A stretch of DNA of 64,000 nt from contig NC_091999.1 of assembly GCF_044704955.1 (NCBI RefSeq), positions 61,566,001-61,630,000 of the forward strand, written 5' to 3'. The notes under the pieces were generated by a model. The model had not been told where the DNA came from and searched no databases. It saw nothing but the letters and a program-made list of their open reading frames with translations. Origin of the DNA: Pristiophorus japonicus. Taxonomy: Eukaryota. The translations under genes and the position numbers were made by a program. Shown here piece by piece: positions 37,978 through 51,589 of the stretch. How positions within the stretch are numbered: the first letter of the stretch is position 1; each line of letters starts with the position of its first letter.

Positions 37978-40510
37978 GGAGATGGGGTAGCGTTGCTGGT
38001 TAAAGAGGAGATTAAAGCAATAGTAAAGAAGGACATTAGCTTGGATGAAGCGGAATCTGTATGGGTAGAGCTGCGGAACACCAAAGGGCAGAAAACGCTA
38101 GTGGAATTTGTGTACGGACCACCAAACAGTCATAGTGATTTTGGGGTGGCATCAAACTGGAAATTAGGAATGCGTGCAATAAAGGTACAGCAGTTAGCAT
38201 GGGTGACTTTAATTTACATATAGATTGGGCTAACCAAACTGGTAGCAATATGGTGGAGGAGGATTTCCTGGAGTGTATAAGGGATGGTTTTCGAGACCAA
38301 TATGTCGAGGAACCAACCAGAGAGCTGGCCATCCTAGATTATGTAATGAGAGAGGATTAATTAGCAATCTTGTTCTACGAGGCCACTTGGGGAAGAGTGA
38401 CCTTAATGTGATATAATTCTTCATTAAGATGGAGAGTGACACAGTTAATTCAGAGAATAAAGTCCTGAAATTAAAGAATGTTAATTTCGATGGAATGAAA
38501 CGTGGATTGGCTAGGATAGACTGGCGAATGATATTTAAAGGGTTGACAGTGGATAGGCAATTGCAGACTTTTAAAGATCACATGGATGAAATTCAATAAT
38601 TACACATCCCTGTCTGGCATAAAAATAAAACGGGGAAATTGGCTCAACCGTAGCTATCAAGTGAAATTAGGGATTGCGTTAAATCCAAGGAAGAGGCATA
38701 TAAACTAGCCAGAAAAGCAGCAAACCTGAGCACTGGGAGAAATTTAGAATTCAGCAGAGGAGGACAAAGGATTTAATTAGGAGGGGGCAACTAGAGTATA
38801 GGGAGGAAGCTTGCCGAGAACATGAAAACTGACTGCAAAGCTTCGATAGATATGTAAAGAGAAAAAAATTAGTTAGGACAAATATAGTTCCCTTGCAGTC
38901 AGAATCAGGTGTTAGGGAAATTGATGGGATTGACGGCCGATAAAACACCAGGGACTGATATTCTGCATCCCTGAGTATTTAAGGAAGTTGCCCTAGAAAT
39001 AATGGATGAATTGGTGTTCATTTTCCAACATTCTATAGATTCTAGATCAGTTCCTATGGATTGGAGGATAGCTAATGTAACCCCACGTTTTAAAAAAGGT
39101 GGGAGAGAGAATACAGGGAATTATAGACCGGTTAGCCTGACATCGGTAGTGGGAAAAATGTTGAAATCCATCGTTGAAGATATAATAGCAGCGCATTTGG
39201 AAAGCAGTGACAGGATCGGTCCAAGTCAGCATGGATTAATGAAAGGGAAATCAGGTTTGCCAAATCGTCTAGAAGTTTTTTTAGGATGTAACCAGTAGCG
39301 TGGACAAGGGAGAACCAGTGGTTGTGGTGTATTTGAACTTTCAAACGGTTTTTGGCCAGGTCCCACATCAGAGATTAGTGTGTAAAAATTAAAGCACATG
39401 GTATTGGAGGTAATGTATTGCCATAGATAGAGAATTGATTGGCAGACAGGAAGCAAAGAGTAGGAATAAACGGTTCCTTTTCAGAATTGCAGACAGTGAC
39501 GAGTGGGTACCTCAAGGTTCAGTGCTGGGACCTCAGCTAGTTACGATATACATTAATGATTTAGACGAAGGAATTGAAAATAATATTTCCAAGTTTGCAG
39601 ATGACACTAAGTTGGATGGCAGTGTGAACTGTGAGGAGGATGGTAACAGGCTGCAGGGTGACTTGGAAAGGTTAGGTGAGTGGGCAAATGCATGGCAGAT
39701 GCAGTATAATATAGATAAATGTGAGGTTATCCACTTTGGTGACAAAAACAGGGAAGCAAAATATTATCTGAATGGTGACAAATAAGAAAAATGGAGGTGC
39801 AACGACACCTGGGTGTCATGGTACATCAGTTATTGAAAGTTGGCATGAAGGTTCAGCAAGCGGTGAATGGCATGTTGGCCTTCATAGCGAAAGTTATTGA
39901 ATATAGGAGCAGTGAGGTCTTACTGAAGTTGTACAGGGCCTTGGTGAGGCCACACCTTGATATTTATGTAGAGTTTTGATCTCCTTACCTGAGGAAGGAC
40001 ATTCTTGCTATTGAGGGAGTGCAGCGATGGTTCAAAAGACAGATTCGCGGGATGGCAGAACTGACATATGAAGAAAGACTGGATCGACTAAGCATATATT
40101 CACTGGAATTTAGAAGAATGAGAGGGGATCTCATAGAAACATGGTAAATTCTGATGCGATTGGACAGGTTAGATGCAAGAAGTATGGTCCCGATCTTGTG
40201 GAAGTCCAGCACCATGAGTCTAAGGATAAGGGGTAAGCCAATTAGGACCGAGATGAGGAGAAACGTCTTCACTCAGAGAAATGTGAACCTGTGGAATTCT
40301 CTACCACAGAAAGTTGTTAAGGCCAGTTGGTTAGACATATTCAAAAGGGACTTAGATGAGGCACTTGCAGCTAAAGGGTTCAAGGGGTATGGAGAGAAAG
40401 CAGGAATGGGGTAATGAAGTTGCATGATCAGCCATGATCATATTGAATGGTGGTGCAGGCTCGAAGGGCCGAATGACCTACCTTTGCACCTATTTTCTAT
40501 GTTTCTATGT
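37978..40510 (+). mobile_element. CR1 LINE inserted in the GPCR gene
   Basis: Degenerate endonuclease and RT motifs, ttctatgt tail, AA present at both junctions. Confidence 0.95.
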
Positions 40511-40870
40511 AATAGCAATGCAGGTCATGAAAAGTGCGTTGCCATAAAGATTGATTAGACGCAAGAGGGCACTGACATCACGGAATTACTCCATAATCTG
40601 CTTCCAAGGATAAATTGCATAAGAGAAAGTATAGAGACCAGGATAATCAAGAAGTCGGTGATCATTAAATCCAGAAGGAGGACATCACTTGCTTGTGAGA
40701 CCTTCTTCATTCGTACGATGTGCCACAGTGCACTTGAGGTCCCGGTAATGCCCGATACAAGCACTAATACAAGGAAACAGGGAAGGACGATGGTTTTGTT
40801 CTGTGCCACTTCGTCATAGGCGTTGTCCATCGAGGGCCCAGTCTGATTGGATGAGTTGATCTCCGACCCT
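40511..40870 (-). pseudogene. Class A P2Y-type GPCR pseudogene, N-terminal half (TM1-TM3); true start codon uncertain
   Basis: NSSNQT sequons; VLPCFLVLVLVSGITGTSSALW (TM1); LLLDLMITDFL (TM2); after a frameshift, LINLYGNALFMTCIAI (TM3). Confidence 0.88.
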
Positions 40871-41039
40871 GATCTGTTGACTTGCGTTCCAACTCTCAAA
40901 ACTAACCATTTGATGTTGTGGCAAATAATAAAGAGCAACCGATCAAAATATGGGGTAAATTAAAGATATATTCTCCAAAAACAGTTGATACTGCAATGTA
41001 AGGTTATTTGTTGTTGAAGTTATCAGTTGCTTCTCCACC

Positions 41040-42330
41040 ATGTTAATCCGATCTCACTGGGTTTGACTGGTTGAAGTTACCTCCTTTTTGAGAAATTAAC
41101 CAGGTGGGTCGATGAGAGCCAAACATATGAAGTAGTGATTATGGATTTTCGCTAGGCTTTTGATAAGGTCTCACATGGCAAACTGATCACAAAAGTAAAA
41201 ACTCTTGCGATACAGGGCAAAGTGGCAAGTTGGACCAAAAATTGGCTCAGAGGCAGGAAGCAATGGGTAAAGGTTGATGGGTGTTTTTGTGGCTGGAAGG
41301 ATCTTTCCAGTGGGGTTCCACAGGGCTCAGTACTAGATCTCAACTTTTTGTGATATACATCAATGAACTAGACTTGAATATGGGGGTATGATTGAGAAGT
41401 TTGCAGATGATACTAAAACTGGCTATATGGTTGGTAATGAAGAGGGAAGTTGCGTAATGCAGGAAGATATCAATCAACTGGTCAGGGGGGCAGAATAGTG
41501 CAAATTTGTATTGAATCCAGAGAACTGTGAGGTAATGCATTTGAGGATGGCTATCAAGGAACGGAAATACACTTTAAATAGTTGGAAACTGAGAAGTGTA
41601 GACGAACAAAGAGACTTTGGATGTCCAAAGTGCATGTCCACAGATCCCTGAAGGTAATAGACCAGGTAGATAAGCTGGTTAAGAAGGCTTACGGAATGCT
41701 TGCCTTTATTTGGCAAAGCAAAGCATACAAGAAAGGTGGTTTATGTTTGAACTGTATAAAATACTGGTTAGGCCACAGCTGTAGTAGTGAGTGCAGTTCT
41801 GGTCACCACATTACAGGAAGGACGTGATTGCACTCGAGAGGGTATAGAGGCGATTTAGGAGGATATTGGTAGCAGTGGAGAATATTAGCTGTGAGTACAG
41901 ATTGGATTGGCTAAATTTGTTTTCCTAGGAACAGACGAGGCTGAGCGGAGAACTGATTGAGGTGTATTCAATTATGAGGGGCCAAGATAGAATAGATAGA
42001 AAGGGTCTATTTCCCATAGCAGAGGGGTCGACTTACACCGGGCATAAATTTAAAGTAATTGGTAGAAGGTTTAGAGGGCAGTTGAGGGGAATTTCTTAAT
42101 GCAGAGCGTTTCCGAGGTCTGGAACTCACTGGCTGAAAGTGTGGTATAGGGCGTAACCCTCACCACATTTACAATGTACTTGAATGTGCAGTTGAAGTAT
42201 CGTAACCTGCAGGGTTACGGACCAAGGATGGGAAGTGGGATTTGGCTGGTTTGCCTCTGATTGACCGGCATAGTCACGATGGGAGAAAATGGCCTCCTTC
42301 CGTGCTGTAAACTTTTGTGATTCTATGATG
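41040..42330 (+). mobile_element. Older CR1 fragment
   Basis: GVPQGSVL and FADDTK remnants, ttctatga tail. Confidence 0.85.
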
Positions 42331-42489
42331 TTCCTCTCTGAAATCTTTGGAAACCAGTAGATACAAGAGATCCCTGAGGTTCCAGCATGCATAATTTCAC
42401 ACATCAAGGAGGAAATTGCATCATGTAAATGGACGGATATGATTAAAGTTATTGAAATACTGAAAATAATGTCATCCTATACGTGAGAA

Positions 42490-43210
42490 AGCGAGATATC
42501 TGTGCACTGACTAATATCTAAGTCCCTCTCCCTCCCGATGTTAACTGTATATTTACAGATGTCTCGATGACCCCCACCTCTCTCGCAGGAAAACATATTT
42601 ACATTGACTGGTGTCTCCCAGTCTCTTTCACTCAAGAAATGTTTGTACACTGCTGGTATCTCTCAGTCCCTTCCCAACTCAGGGAGATTTCTATAGACTG
42701 GCTGGTGTCCCTCAGTCCCTGCTCGCACAAGAGATATCTGTGCAGTGCCTGGCGTCTCAGTCTCCTCTCTCTGAGAGAGATAGCTATGCACTGGCTCCTG
42801 TCTCTCCATCCCTGTCAAGCATGGAGGTATCAATATATCGACTGTTGTCCTCATTCCCCTATCCCTCATGGCTATACCTGCATACTCAAGAGATATCTGG
42901 ACACTGACGGGTGTCTCTCTGTCTGATGTCCTGAGGAGCTATCTGTACAATGGACGGTTTATCTCTCTCCCTCTCCTTCATGGAGATATCAGAATATTGA
43001 CTGATGTCCCTCAGTTCCACTCCACAGGGAGATATCTGTACATTGACTGATTTCTCTCACTCCCTCTCCTTCAGGGGGAGATCTCGACATTGATTGGTAT
43101 CCATATGACTTCCTTCCTCAGGGACATATCAGTACATCGACTGGTGTCTCAGTCTGAAACCCTCATGGTAATATCTGCACGGTGACGGGTGCCTCTTATT
43201 CCCTGCTTGC
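42490..43210 (+). repeat. Degenerate ~44-bp minisatellite running into an N block
   Basis: Recurrent gagatatctgtacactgactggtgtctctcagtccctc unit. Confidence 0.85.
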
Positions 43211-43621
43211 NNNNNNNNNNNNNNNNNNNNNNNNNNNNNNNNNNNNNNNNNNNNNNNNNNNNNNNNNNNNNNNNNNNNNNNNNNNNNNNNNNNNNNNNNN
43301 NNNNNNNNNNNNNNNNNNNNNNNNNNNNNNNNNNNNNNNNNNNNNNNNNNNNNNNNNNNNNNNNNNNNNNNNNNNNNNNNNNNNNNNNNNNNNNNNNNNN
43401 NNNNNNNNNNNNNNNNNNNNNNNNNNNNNNNNNNNNNNNNNNNNNNNNNNNNNNNNNNNNNNNNNNNNNNNNNNNNNNNNNNNNNNNNNNNNNNNNNNNN
43501 NNNNNNNNNNNNNNNNNNNNNNNNNNNNNNNNNNNNNNNNNNNNNNNNNNNNNNNNNNNNNNNNNNNNNNNNNNNNNNNNNNNNNNNNNNNNNNNNNNNN
43601 NNNNNNNNNNNNNNNNNNNNN

Positions 43622-44035
43622 GATTGAGTAGACTACTCCTATATCCTCTAGAGTTACGAAGAATAAAATGTCATATAAAAACTACAACATTCATCCAGGG
43701 CTTTACAGGGTAGACGCAGGGAAGATCTGGCAGGAGAGTCTAGAACTAGGCTTTCACTATCTCAGGATAAACCAGGACTTAGATGAAAAGAAATGTCTTC
43801 ACAGAGGGGGGTGATTCTTTGGAATTCTCTGCTCAAGAGGGCAGTGGAGGCATACTCGTTCAGTATATTCAATGCACATGTCGATAGATTGTCGGATAAT
43901 AAGTGAATCAAGGGATTCTTGATAGTGCTGGAAAGTGCAGTTGAGGTACAAGATCAGCCATTACCTTACTGAAGGGCGGAGAGGCTCGCAGGGCCAAATG
44001 GCCTCTTGCTGCTCCGATTTTTTATGTTATTATGT
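43622..44035 (+). mobile_element. CR1 3' fragment
   Basis: Degenerate RT C-terminus and tail. Confidence 0.75.
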
Positions 44036-44499
44036 ATCCCTGCATTGTACCTCACTGATTTTCATTTGAATATAATTTCTGATGTGACTCGTAATGTACA
44101 TCCACGGTTTTAAGGACTGTTGAGATAGTGTCCACTTGATCCTGAGACATAGCATCACATCCAGCAACAAGGAAAGGAGATGAAGGTCGGTCTGATTCAG
44201 ACTGGATGAGCAAGTTGTTTACATTCTTTAATTACAGTGTGCCAAATGTACATTTATCAAGTGTCAATACACCCTGCTGTTTCCATCTCCTGACCCTCGC
44301 CCCTCTCCTGCATTATGTTATTGCAGACTCTGGTCACCAGTCCCACCATGCAGTGCATTATATGTCTGTACAAAATGAGATTTCCATAACTTGATTTTGA
44401 AATTGTAACTTTTCCACAGACACAACTCGAACTGCAAACAGCGCTCATTTTCTCTTCAAGGACATTCCTTTCATTAATATGTTGCTTTCAACATGATAT

Positions 44500-44930
44500 T
44501 TACCTATCTACCGAGCTATTTGTGTGCCCTATCAATATCTATCTTTCAGTCTGTCGATATATCTATAGATTCTTCTAGCCCTCTTTGTCTATCTGTCTAA
44601 CTATCTATCTGTTAGTAAGTCTGTCAGTCTGTCTATCAGTCTGTCTGTCGGTATGTCTGTCTATCTATCTATGTATGTATCAGTCGATCTATGCAACTAT
44701 CAATCTATTTGGCTGTCTGTCTATCTTTCTATCTGCCTAGCTGGCAGATTATCCCTCTCTCNNNNNNNNNNNNNNNNNNNNNNNNNNNNNNNNNNNNNNN
44801 NNNNNNNNNNNNNNNNNNNNNNNNNNNNNNNNNNNNNNNNNNNNNNNNNNNNNNNNNNNNNNNNNNNNNNNNNNNNNNNNNNNNNNNNNNNNNNNNNNNN
44901 NNNNNNNNNNNNNNNNNNNNNNNNNNATCT
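44500..44930. repeat. (TCTA/TCTG)n simple repeat next to an N block
   Basis: Seen directly in sequence. Confidence 0.85.
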
Positions 44931-45139
44931 CTTTTTCAATATCTTTATTCGTTTATAATTGTAGCGCCCCCTACTGCTTTCTTAATTTTTTAACGCATGG
45001 AATAGTATGTTCTTTAATAATTGTTGCGCCCCCTGCCTCCCTCTGACTGATTTGCCGCAAGACAAACGACGCTCTGTATACATTTAGCAACGCCCACTGC
45101 CATATGACAGATTTTCTGCAAGAGAACGGACACTCTACA

Positions 45140-47070
45140 AACAAAGATACGAGCATACATGCAATGATGGAAAGGTTAAGACCATCTGGTCCATTGAGCC
45201 TGTCCCACGCCGCCCGAAACCATGTGATCTCCTGGAAGTAGCAAAAGTCTGATTAAAAACCCAGGCCAATTTGGGGGAAGAAATTTGGCAAATTCTTCTC
45301 TGATCCATCTAGATGATCGAAACTAGTCCAGGTGATTACTCTGGCCTTGAATTCCCTGCAGTACCTCCCTTCTATAACATGTGATCTCTACCGCAGCCAG
45401 AAACAAATCCTGCTTTCACTTGAGGAATTCAGTGAGTTTGCATTCATTACATGAAACGACAGATTGTACAGTGGTCTACTATCTTCTGGGAAAAGATCCA
45501 CCTCCTGACATCTAACCTAGATCTAGTCCTATACAACTTAAATGTGTGATACCTGGTCCAACCTAACCTATTTAATTGAAATTAACTATCGGTTGGAAAA
45601 CCTTCTATTTCCTTCATTATTATATAAACCTCAATCAGATCCCCCCTAAGTCTACGCTGATCTAAGGAATTGAGTACCAACTCATTCAACTTATATTGGT
45701 AATTAAAATGCTTTATACTTGGAAATAGCCTCGTGACCCTCTTGTTCTCCTTTTCAGAGTGTCAATATCACCTATCATGTGAGGAGGACAAAACTGGACA
45801 CAGTATTCAAAGCTCGGTCTGATTAAGGCCTTGTTCAAGGACATAACAGTATACGTCCTATTATAATCAAAAGTCATTTGGATACACCCCGATGCCTTAT
45901 TTGCTGTAACTATCACTGCACGGCATTGCTCATGTAACTTTAAGGGTGTATGTACTAGAATGCGCAATTCCATTTCTATCTGCGCCAACTTTAATACCTT
46001 TCCCTGGAGGGTGTAAGAATGTGAACATTTGCCCTAACTACATGCATAAATATGCACTTATCTAAGTTGTACATAATTTTCCAGCCTTGAGCATAATCTA
46101 CCAGCACATTAAGATCTGCCTGAAGCAGTCGAGCATCTGCTATAATTCAAAATCTCACTCAGATCTTGGTATCATCTGCAAATTTAAAAGTTTTGCGCGC
46201 AATCCCAAAATCTAGATCATTATTAAAAATAGTAAAACACAATATACCCAACACTGACCCCTGCGGGACACCACGGGTGACTAGTCTACAATCAGATTCA
46301 AATCCATCAATTATTACTTTTTGACTGTTTCCTGCCAGCCAGTTCTGAATCCAACTCAATATATTTCAACGTATACCAGAGGCTCCGATCTTATACAAAA
46401 GCCTTTTGTGCGGTATTTTTCAAAATGTTTTGGGAAATCTGAGTGGACAATGTCTACTGGGCTTCCCTGATCCACAAACTTCGTAACTGTTTCAAAAAAT
46501 ACAATTAGATTTGTGAGATACTACCTCTTTTTTATGAAGTCATATTGGTATGCCTAAAATGTGCCTCCCGATCCAAGTATTCTTAAATCCCTTATGTTTG
46601 CTTCAAGCATCTTACATATCACTGATGTTAAACTGATGGGCCTATAGTTGCCCGAGTCTGTCTTGTCACCTATTTCAAAAATGGGGTCTGCATTGGTCTC
46701 CATCCAATCTGTAGGAACCATTCAAGAGAGCAGTGAGCTATTATAAATACAGGCCAGCAGCTCTCACAGCTCATGTCCTATCTCCCAGAGGACCATCAGG
46801 TGGATATCATCCAGCGCGGCTGCTCTATCTATTTTCAAGTTCTTAATTATTTTTACCCTAACGTTTTTATCTTTGGTAATGCTGCTAACAAAACTAGTAG
46901 AATTAAATTCTAATATTCGAGAATCATTTTCAAGTGTGAAGACTGATGCAAAGTACAAATGTAATATTTCCACCATTCTTAGTGATTCCTTTGAAACCTG
47001 CCCTTGAACACCCTTCAGTGGCCCAATTCAATCTTTGATAAGTCTCTGATTCACCACGTAAAGAAAAATG
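45140..47070 (-). mobile_element. Old CR1 fragment
   Basis: GVPQGSVLG...KFADDTKI; RPSFEYCVQF. Confidence 0.88.
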
Positions 47071-47469
47071 CTGATCCCATTACTGCCACAGTTGTCTACA
47101 AACCATTAGTCCATTAGTGTTTGATGTTGTGATAGCAGCCATCATTTTCTTTAGCTGTTTCCTGTATTCAACCCTGTTTATTTGAGTATTGCATGTTTTA
47201 ATTGATAAAACACGTTTCTGTTTACATCTTATTTGTCTGTCTAGTTGTACCATCCCGATTATTGATTTATCGGATGATGAGGGATGTGCTTTATAATTGT
47301 AGCAGCCCTTCTGCCGTATGACGGTTTGCTGCAGAACAAGGGGTGCTCTGTCCAAAGATAGCACCACCTACTACACTATGACTGCTTTATTGCAGGATGG
47401 GAGACAAAAGTTATCATTAGATCGCACAACTGCTTTCTCCCATTGAGATAATTTGGGTCTGATTAAGGA

Positions 47470-47770
47470 ACATAACAAACCATTAGAAATAGTAGCAGGA
47501 GTAGGCCCTATGCCTCTCGAGCCTGCTCTGCCATTCAATAAATTCATGATTGATCATCGAACTCAACTCCACTTTCCTGCACAATCTTCATATCCCCAGA
47601 TTCCCCATAGACTCCAAAAATATATCTACCTAAGTCTTGAATATATTCAGAGATTCGGGATCCACAGCCCGATGTGGCCGAGAATTCAAAAGATTCACAA
47701 CCCTCTGAGTGAAGAAATTCCTCCTCATCTCGATCCTAAATATGCTTCCCCTTATCCTGAGACTGTGCCC
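47470..47770 (-). mobile_element. CR1 3' end
   Basis: FFTQRVVNL motif and CR1 tail. Confidence 0.75.
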
Positions 47771-48126
47771 CATAGTTCAAAAGAAAACACCAGGAATTGA
47801 ACTCGGACCTCTATGCTGTGTATGGTTTTATGCCATCTTCGAATGTCCAGATGGAGATTTACATTATATTTTCCTTAGAAAGATACGGAAGTCTTTTTTC
47901 CCCTGCCACATGGTGCAATATTCATTGGAAGTTATTGTAATGTAGAAAAGGTGAACTCGAAAATGGCTGCCTTAATTTGTTTGTTTCAATGACCGTAGCT
48001 CACAATAAAATTGCATAATCTGATTGGCTCACTAGGGATTAACATTCGGTATAACTAAGGGATCATTAGAATGAGCCACAACTCATATTGGAGCTACTGT
48101 CTCCAGCAATTCGTTTCTCACAGAGA

Positions 48127-48196
48127 ATGCACGCCCCTGGAAACAGTCCAATACTTGCCATTTACTATCTGCTTCTCGCTGCTGTCGGTGTTCCAG
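48127..48196 (+). pseudogene. GPR139-like GPCR pseudogene, exon 1
   Basis: MHAPGNSPILAIYYLLLAAVGVP g|gtaag; phase 1 joins exon 2 to give GVPANL (TM1). Confidence 0.85.
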
Positions 48197-48899
48197 GTAA
48201 GGTATTACAGCAAGTCATTGGTTGTTAAGGATATCACGGTTTCTGCTGATGATCTGCATCTTTACGCGATTTGGCATTTTGTGTTTCGAGATTTTGCTTC
48301 ACAGCCGCTTTGTTCATTGTGTTCTGATGAAAGATCACTGATCTGATACATTAACTCATTTTCTCTCTCCACAGATGTTGCTTGACCTTCCAGGTTTTCT
48401 GGTCTCATTTCAAATCTCCCTGAGTCAGAGTATGTGTCTTCTGTATCCCTGTTCAGTGTGACATTTTATTGGAATTGTAAAGTTCCCCGGGTGTCCAAAG
48501 CAAAATTTATTACAACATTATTCTGCATCAGCGTGACTTTCTGTCCCAGATCTATATTCGCACTGCCTTCAGCTAATAATCTCTGTTCAAGTCCAAAAGT
48601 CGTTATTTTTAAAAAGTAAGAATCGTGTGACTGATGAAAAAATCTGAAGTGAACCAATGCGACAATGATCGGTCAATAATGTGTATCTTGATATGTATTT
48701 CCCGCCACTTTTTATCAGTACAGTTAATTCTGGTGATCAAACACAGGTTCACAAATGCTGTCGATGGACAAATGTCCAGAAATGATGCGTGTAAAGGGTA
48801 TTTAAAATGCATCTCTTTCTGGCTATTGCGTTGAAACGATATTAAAATCAACTGTGTGGTTGATAATGAAGAATAAAGGTGCAGACAGCAGGAAAATGT

Positions 48900-49700
48900 C
48901 TATCAACGGGTCAGGTGGGCAGAACAGTGGCAAATTGAATTTAATCCAGAGGTTTGTGAGGTAATGCATTTGGGGAAGGTTGACAAGGAAAGGGAATACA
49001 CATTAAATGGTTCACTGAGAAGTGTCGAGGGACAAAGAGACGTTGGAGTGCATGTCCACAGATCCCTGAAGTTAGCAGTACAAGTAGATAAGGTGATTAA
49101 TAAGGCATAATTAAAGCTTGCATTTATTAGCCGCGGCATAAAATTCAAGAGCAGGGGGGGCTTATGCGTCAACTGTATAAAACACTTGCTAGGCCACAGC
49201 TGAAGTATTGTGTGCAGTTCTGGTCACCGCATTGCAGGAAGGAGATGATTGAACTGCAGATTTACGAGCATGTTGCCGGTAGTGGGGAATATTAGCCACG
49301 AGGACAGATTGGATAGGCTGGATTTGTTTTTCTTGGAACAGAGGGGAAACTTCATTGATGTGTATAAAGTTATGACGGGCCTAGATATAGTGGATAGAAA
49401 GGGTCTATTGCCATTAGCAGAGGGATCAACAACCAGGATACATCAATTTAAAATAATTAAAAGTTTTAAAGGGGATTTGAGGGGAATTTCTTCATGCAGA
49501 GTGTTCTGGAACTCACTGCCTGAAAGGATGGTAGAGGCAGAACACCTCACCACATTTAAAAAGTACTTGGATATGCACCATAGGTGCCGTAACCTGCAGG
49601 ATTACAGACCTAGAGCTGGAACGTGTGATTAAGCTGAAAAGCTTCTTGTTGGTCGAGGGCCTCCTTCCGTGCTGTAAGCTTCTATGAATCTATGAGTCTA
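48900..49700 (+). mobile_element. Older CR1 3' fragment in the GPCR intron
   Basis: RT C-terminal remnants and tail. Confidence 0.85.
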
Positions 49701-50086
49701 TATGATCGAATTTCTGAACAGATTGAGTGATTGCATGATTGACGTGTGATTTTAGCCATGCAATTATTGAAGGGATATTCTGAGTCATTAAATGGATGGC
49801 AATCAGTGAACGATAAACGGTTGTAGTCACGAAGTTGCACCTAAAACTCCTTGGCCTGTTCTCACTGTCCTGCTCCTCATTCATTGCTTTAGTCCGCCCA
49901 CGCTCCTTCACTTTCGCTGTTCCTGCTTCCCTTCCTCAAACATTATTCAAATCTTAACAGATCAATCTCTGCCGACAGGTCACTGAATCATTCCCATCGC
50001 GAGGCTGAAATATGATCAAAATAAATAAACATCAAGGAGGAGTGATACTTAATGTTACTGTTTTCTTTTCTGTCTATTTCCTGCAG

Positions 50087-50991
50087 CTAACTTGGTGATA
50101 ATTGTGATCCTGTCCCGAGGAAAGTGCGGTCTTTCCAGATGTATCACTTAGTACCTGCTGTCCATGGCAGTGGCAGATCTCCTGGTCATTATCACCGCTG
50201 TGATATTAAACCGGATCATTGGAATTTATTTTCAATTTAGTCTGCTGTCCACTACTCCAGGCTGTACTATAACATCTATCCTAATTTATGTAGCCACGGA
50301 TAGTTCCATCTGGTTAACAGTCGCTTTCACCTTCGATCGATTTGTGGCGATATGATGCCAGAAACTGAAAACAAAATATTGCACTGAGAAAAGTGCAGCT
50401 CTGATTATAGTCATGGTCGGTGCCCTGGCTGTTTAAAAAAACATCACTTCTTATCTCACTTATGAACCTATGTTCATAACTGACAATGCCCCATGGTTAT
50501 GTAACATCAAAGTAATATTTTATCGTTCTCCTCTATGGATAGTATATGAATGGCTTGACAGAATTTTAACGCCATGACTTTCTCCTGATATTGCTGCTCA
50601 ATGCTCTGACCGTCAGACATATTCTAGCGACGAGCAGAGTCCGCAGAAGGCTCCGGGCCCACAGCAATGGAGAGAATCAAAGCGACCCAGAGTTGGAGAG
50701 CCGGAGAAAATTAATCGTTTTACACTTTACCATCTCGGGCAGTTTCATCCTATTATGACAGTGTACGTTGTAAATTTCTTGTATGTCCGAATTACAAAGA
50801 ATAATTATTTCTCAGGTTCCAATTTCAAAGACCCAAAATGTATTCTCCAAGAAACCGGAAATAGTCTTCAGCTTTTGAGTTCCTGCACAAACACGTGTAT
50901 TTATTCAGTGATCCAGAGTAAATTCAGAGAGGAGTTAATGGATGCGCTGAAATATCCAATGAATCTCATTATAAAATTAATCAAATTATAA
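50087..50991 (+). pseudogene. GPR139-like GPCR pseudogene, exon 2
   Basis: Acceptor tttcctgcag|ct; NLVIIVILSRGKCGLSRCIT*YLLSMAVADLL...SIWLTVAFTFDRFVAI*CQKLKTKYCTEK...LQLLSSCTNTCIY...KFREEL; multiple stops and frameshifts. Confidence 0.9.
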
Positions 50992-51589
50992 AAATGTATT
51001 TTCGTGTTAATTCTGCATTACATCACACCCAGTGGGCCATCCTGTCCTGTCAGCTCTGAACCAGCTTTGTCCAGCTCCATCAGCCCCAATAACATGGCCC
51101 ATCTCGACATCCAAGTCTGAGAAATTGAATATCTCGACATCCACATGCGCGATATCGTACATCTTGACATCCATGTGTGAGAAATCGTACAACTGATTTG
51201 CGTGTAATTAAGATTATATTTTAATCAGAGGGCCCTTTTTCAGTACTGCCGGCGGTTTGGTTCCTCAGAGTAGTATTATCAAACCAATGCTAACAGATAC
51301 TTTTCCATTCTATCGTGCTCTCATGAATCACCATCGGCTCACTGCATTACAACAGTGACTACACTTTCAAAAAGTATTTCACTGGCTGTAAAGCGCTTTG
51401 AGACATCCACTCGTTGTAAAAGGTGCTATATAAATCCAGTACTTTCTTTCTTTCCTTCTTAGAGTCAGGATTATGCGACTATGTGACAACCAGTTGTTAT
51501 CCTGTAGAGACCGCTCTGAATATCCTTGATCCATAACTCTCAGGACTATTGCGAGTGGTGGATCATGGCAGCAGTCTCTGTGATCCTGC

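Noticed and set aside
9232-44926. N runs and the X-rich ORFs spanning them
   Set aside because: Most are flanked by simple or tandem repeats and vary in length, so they are masked or unresolved sequence; the ORFs are artefacts.
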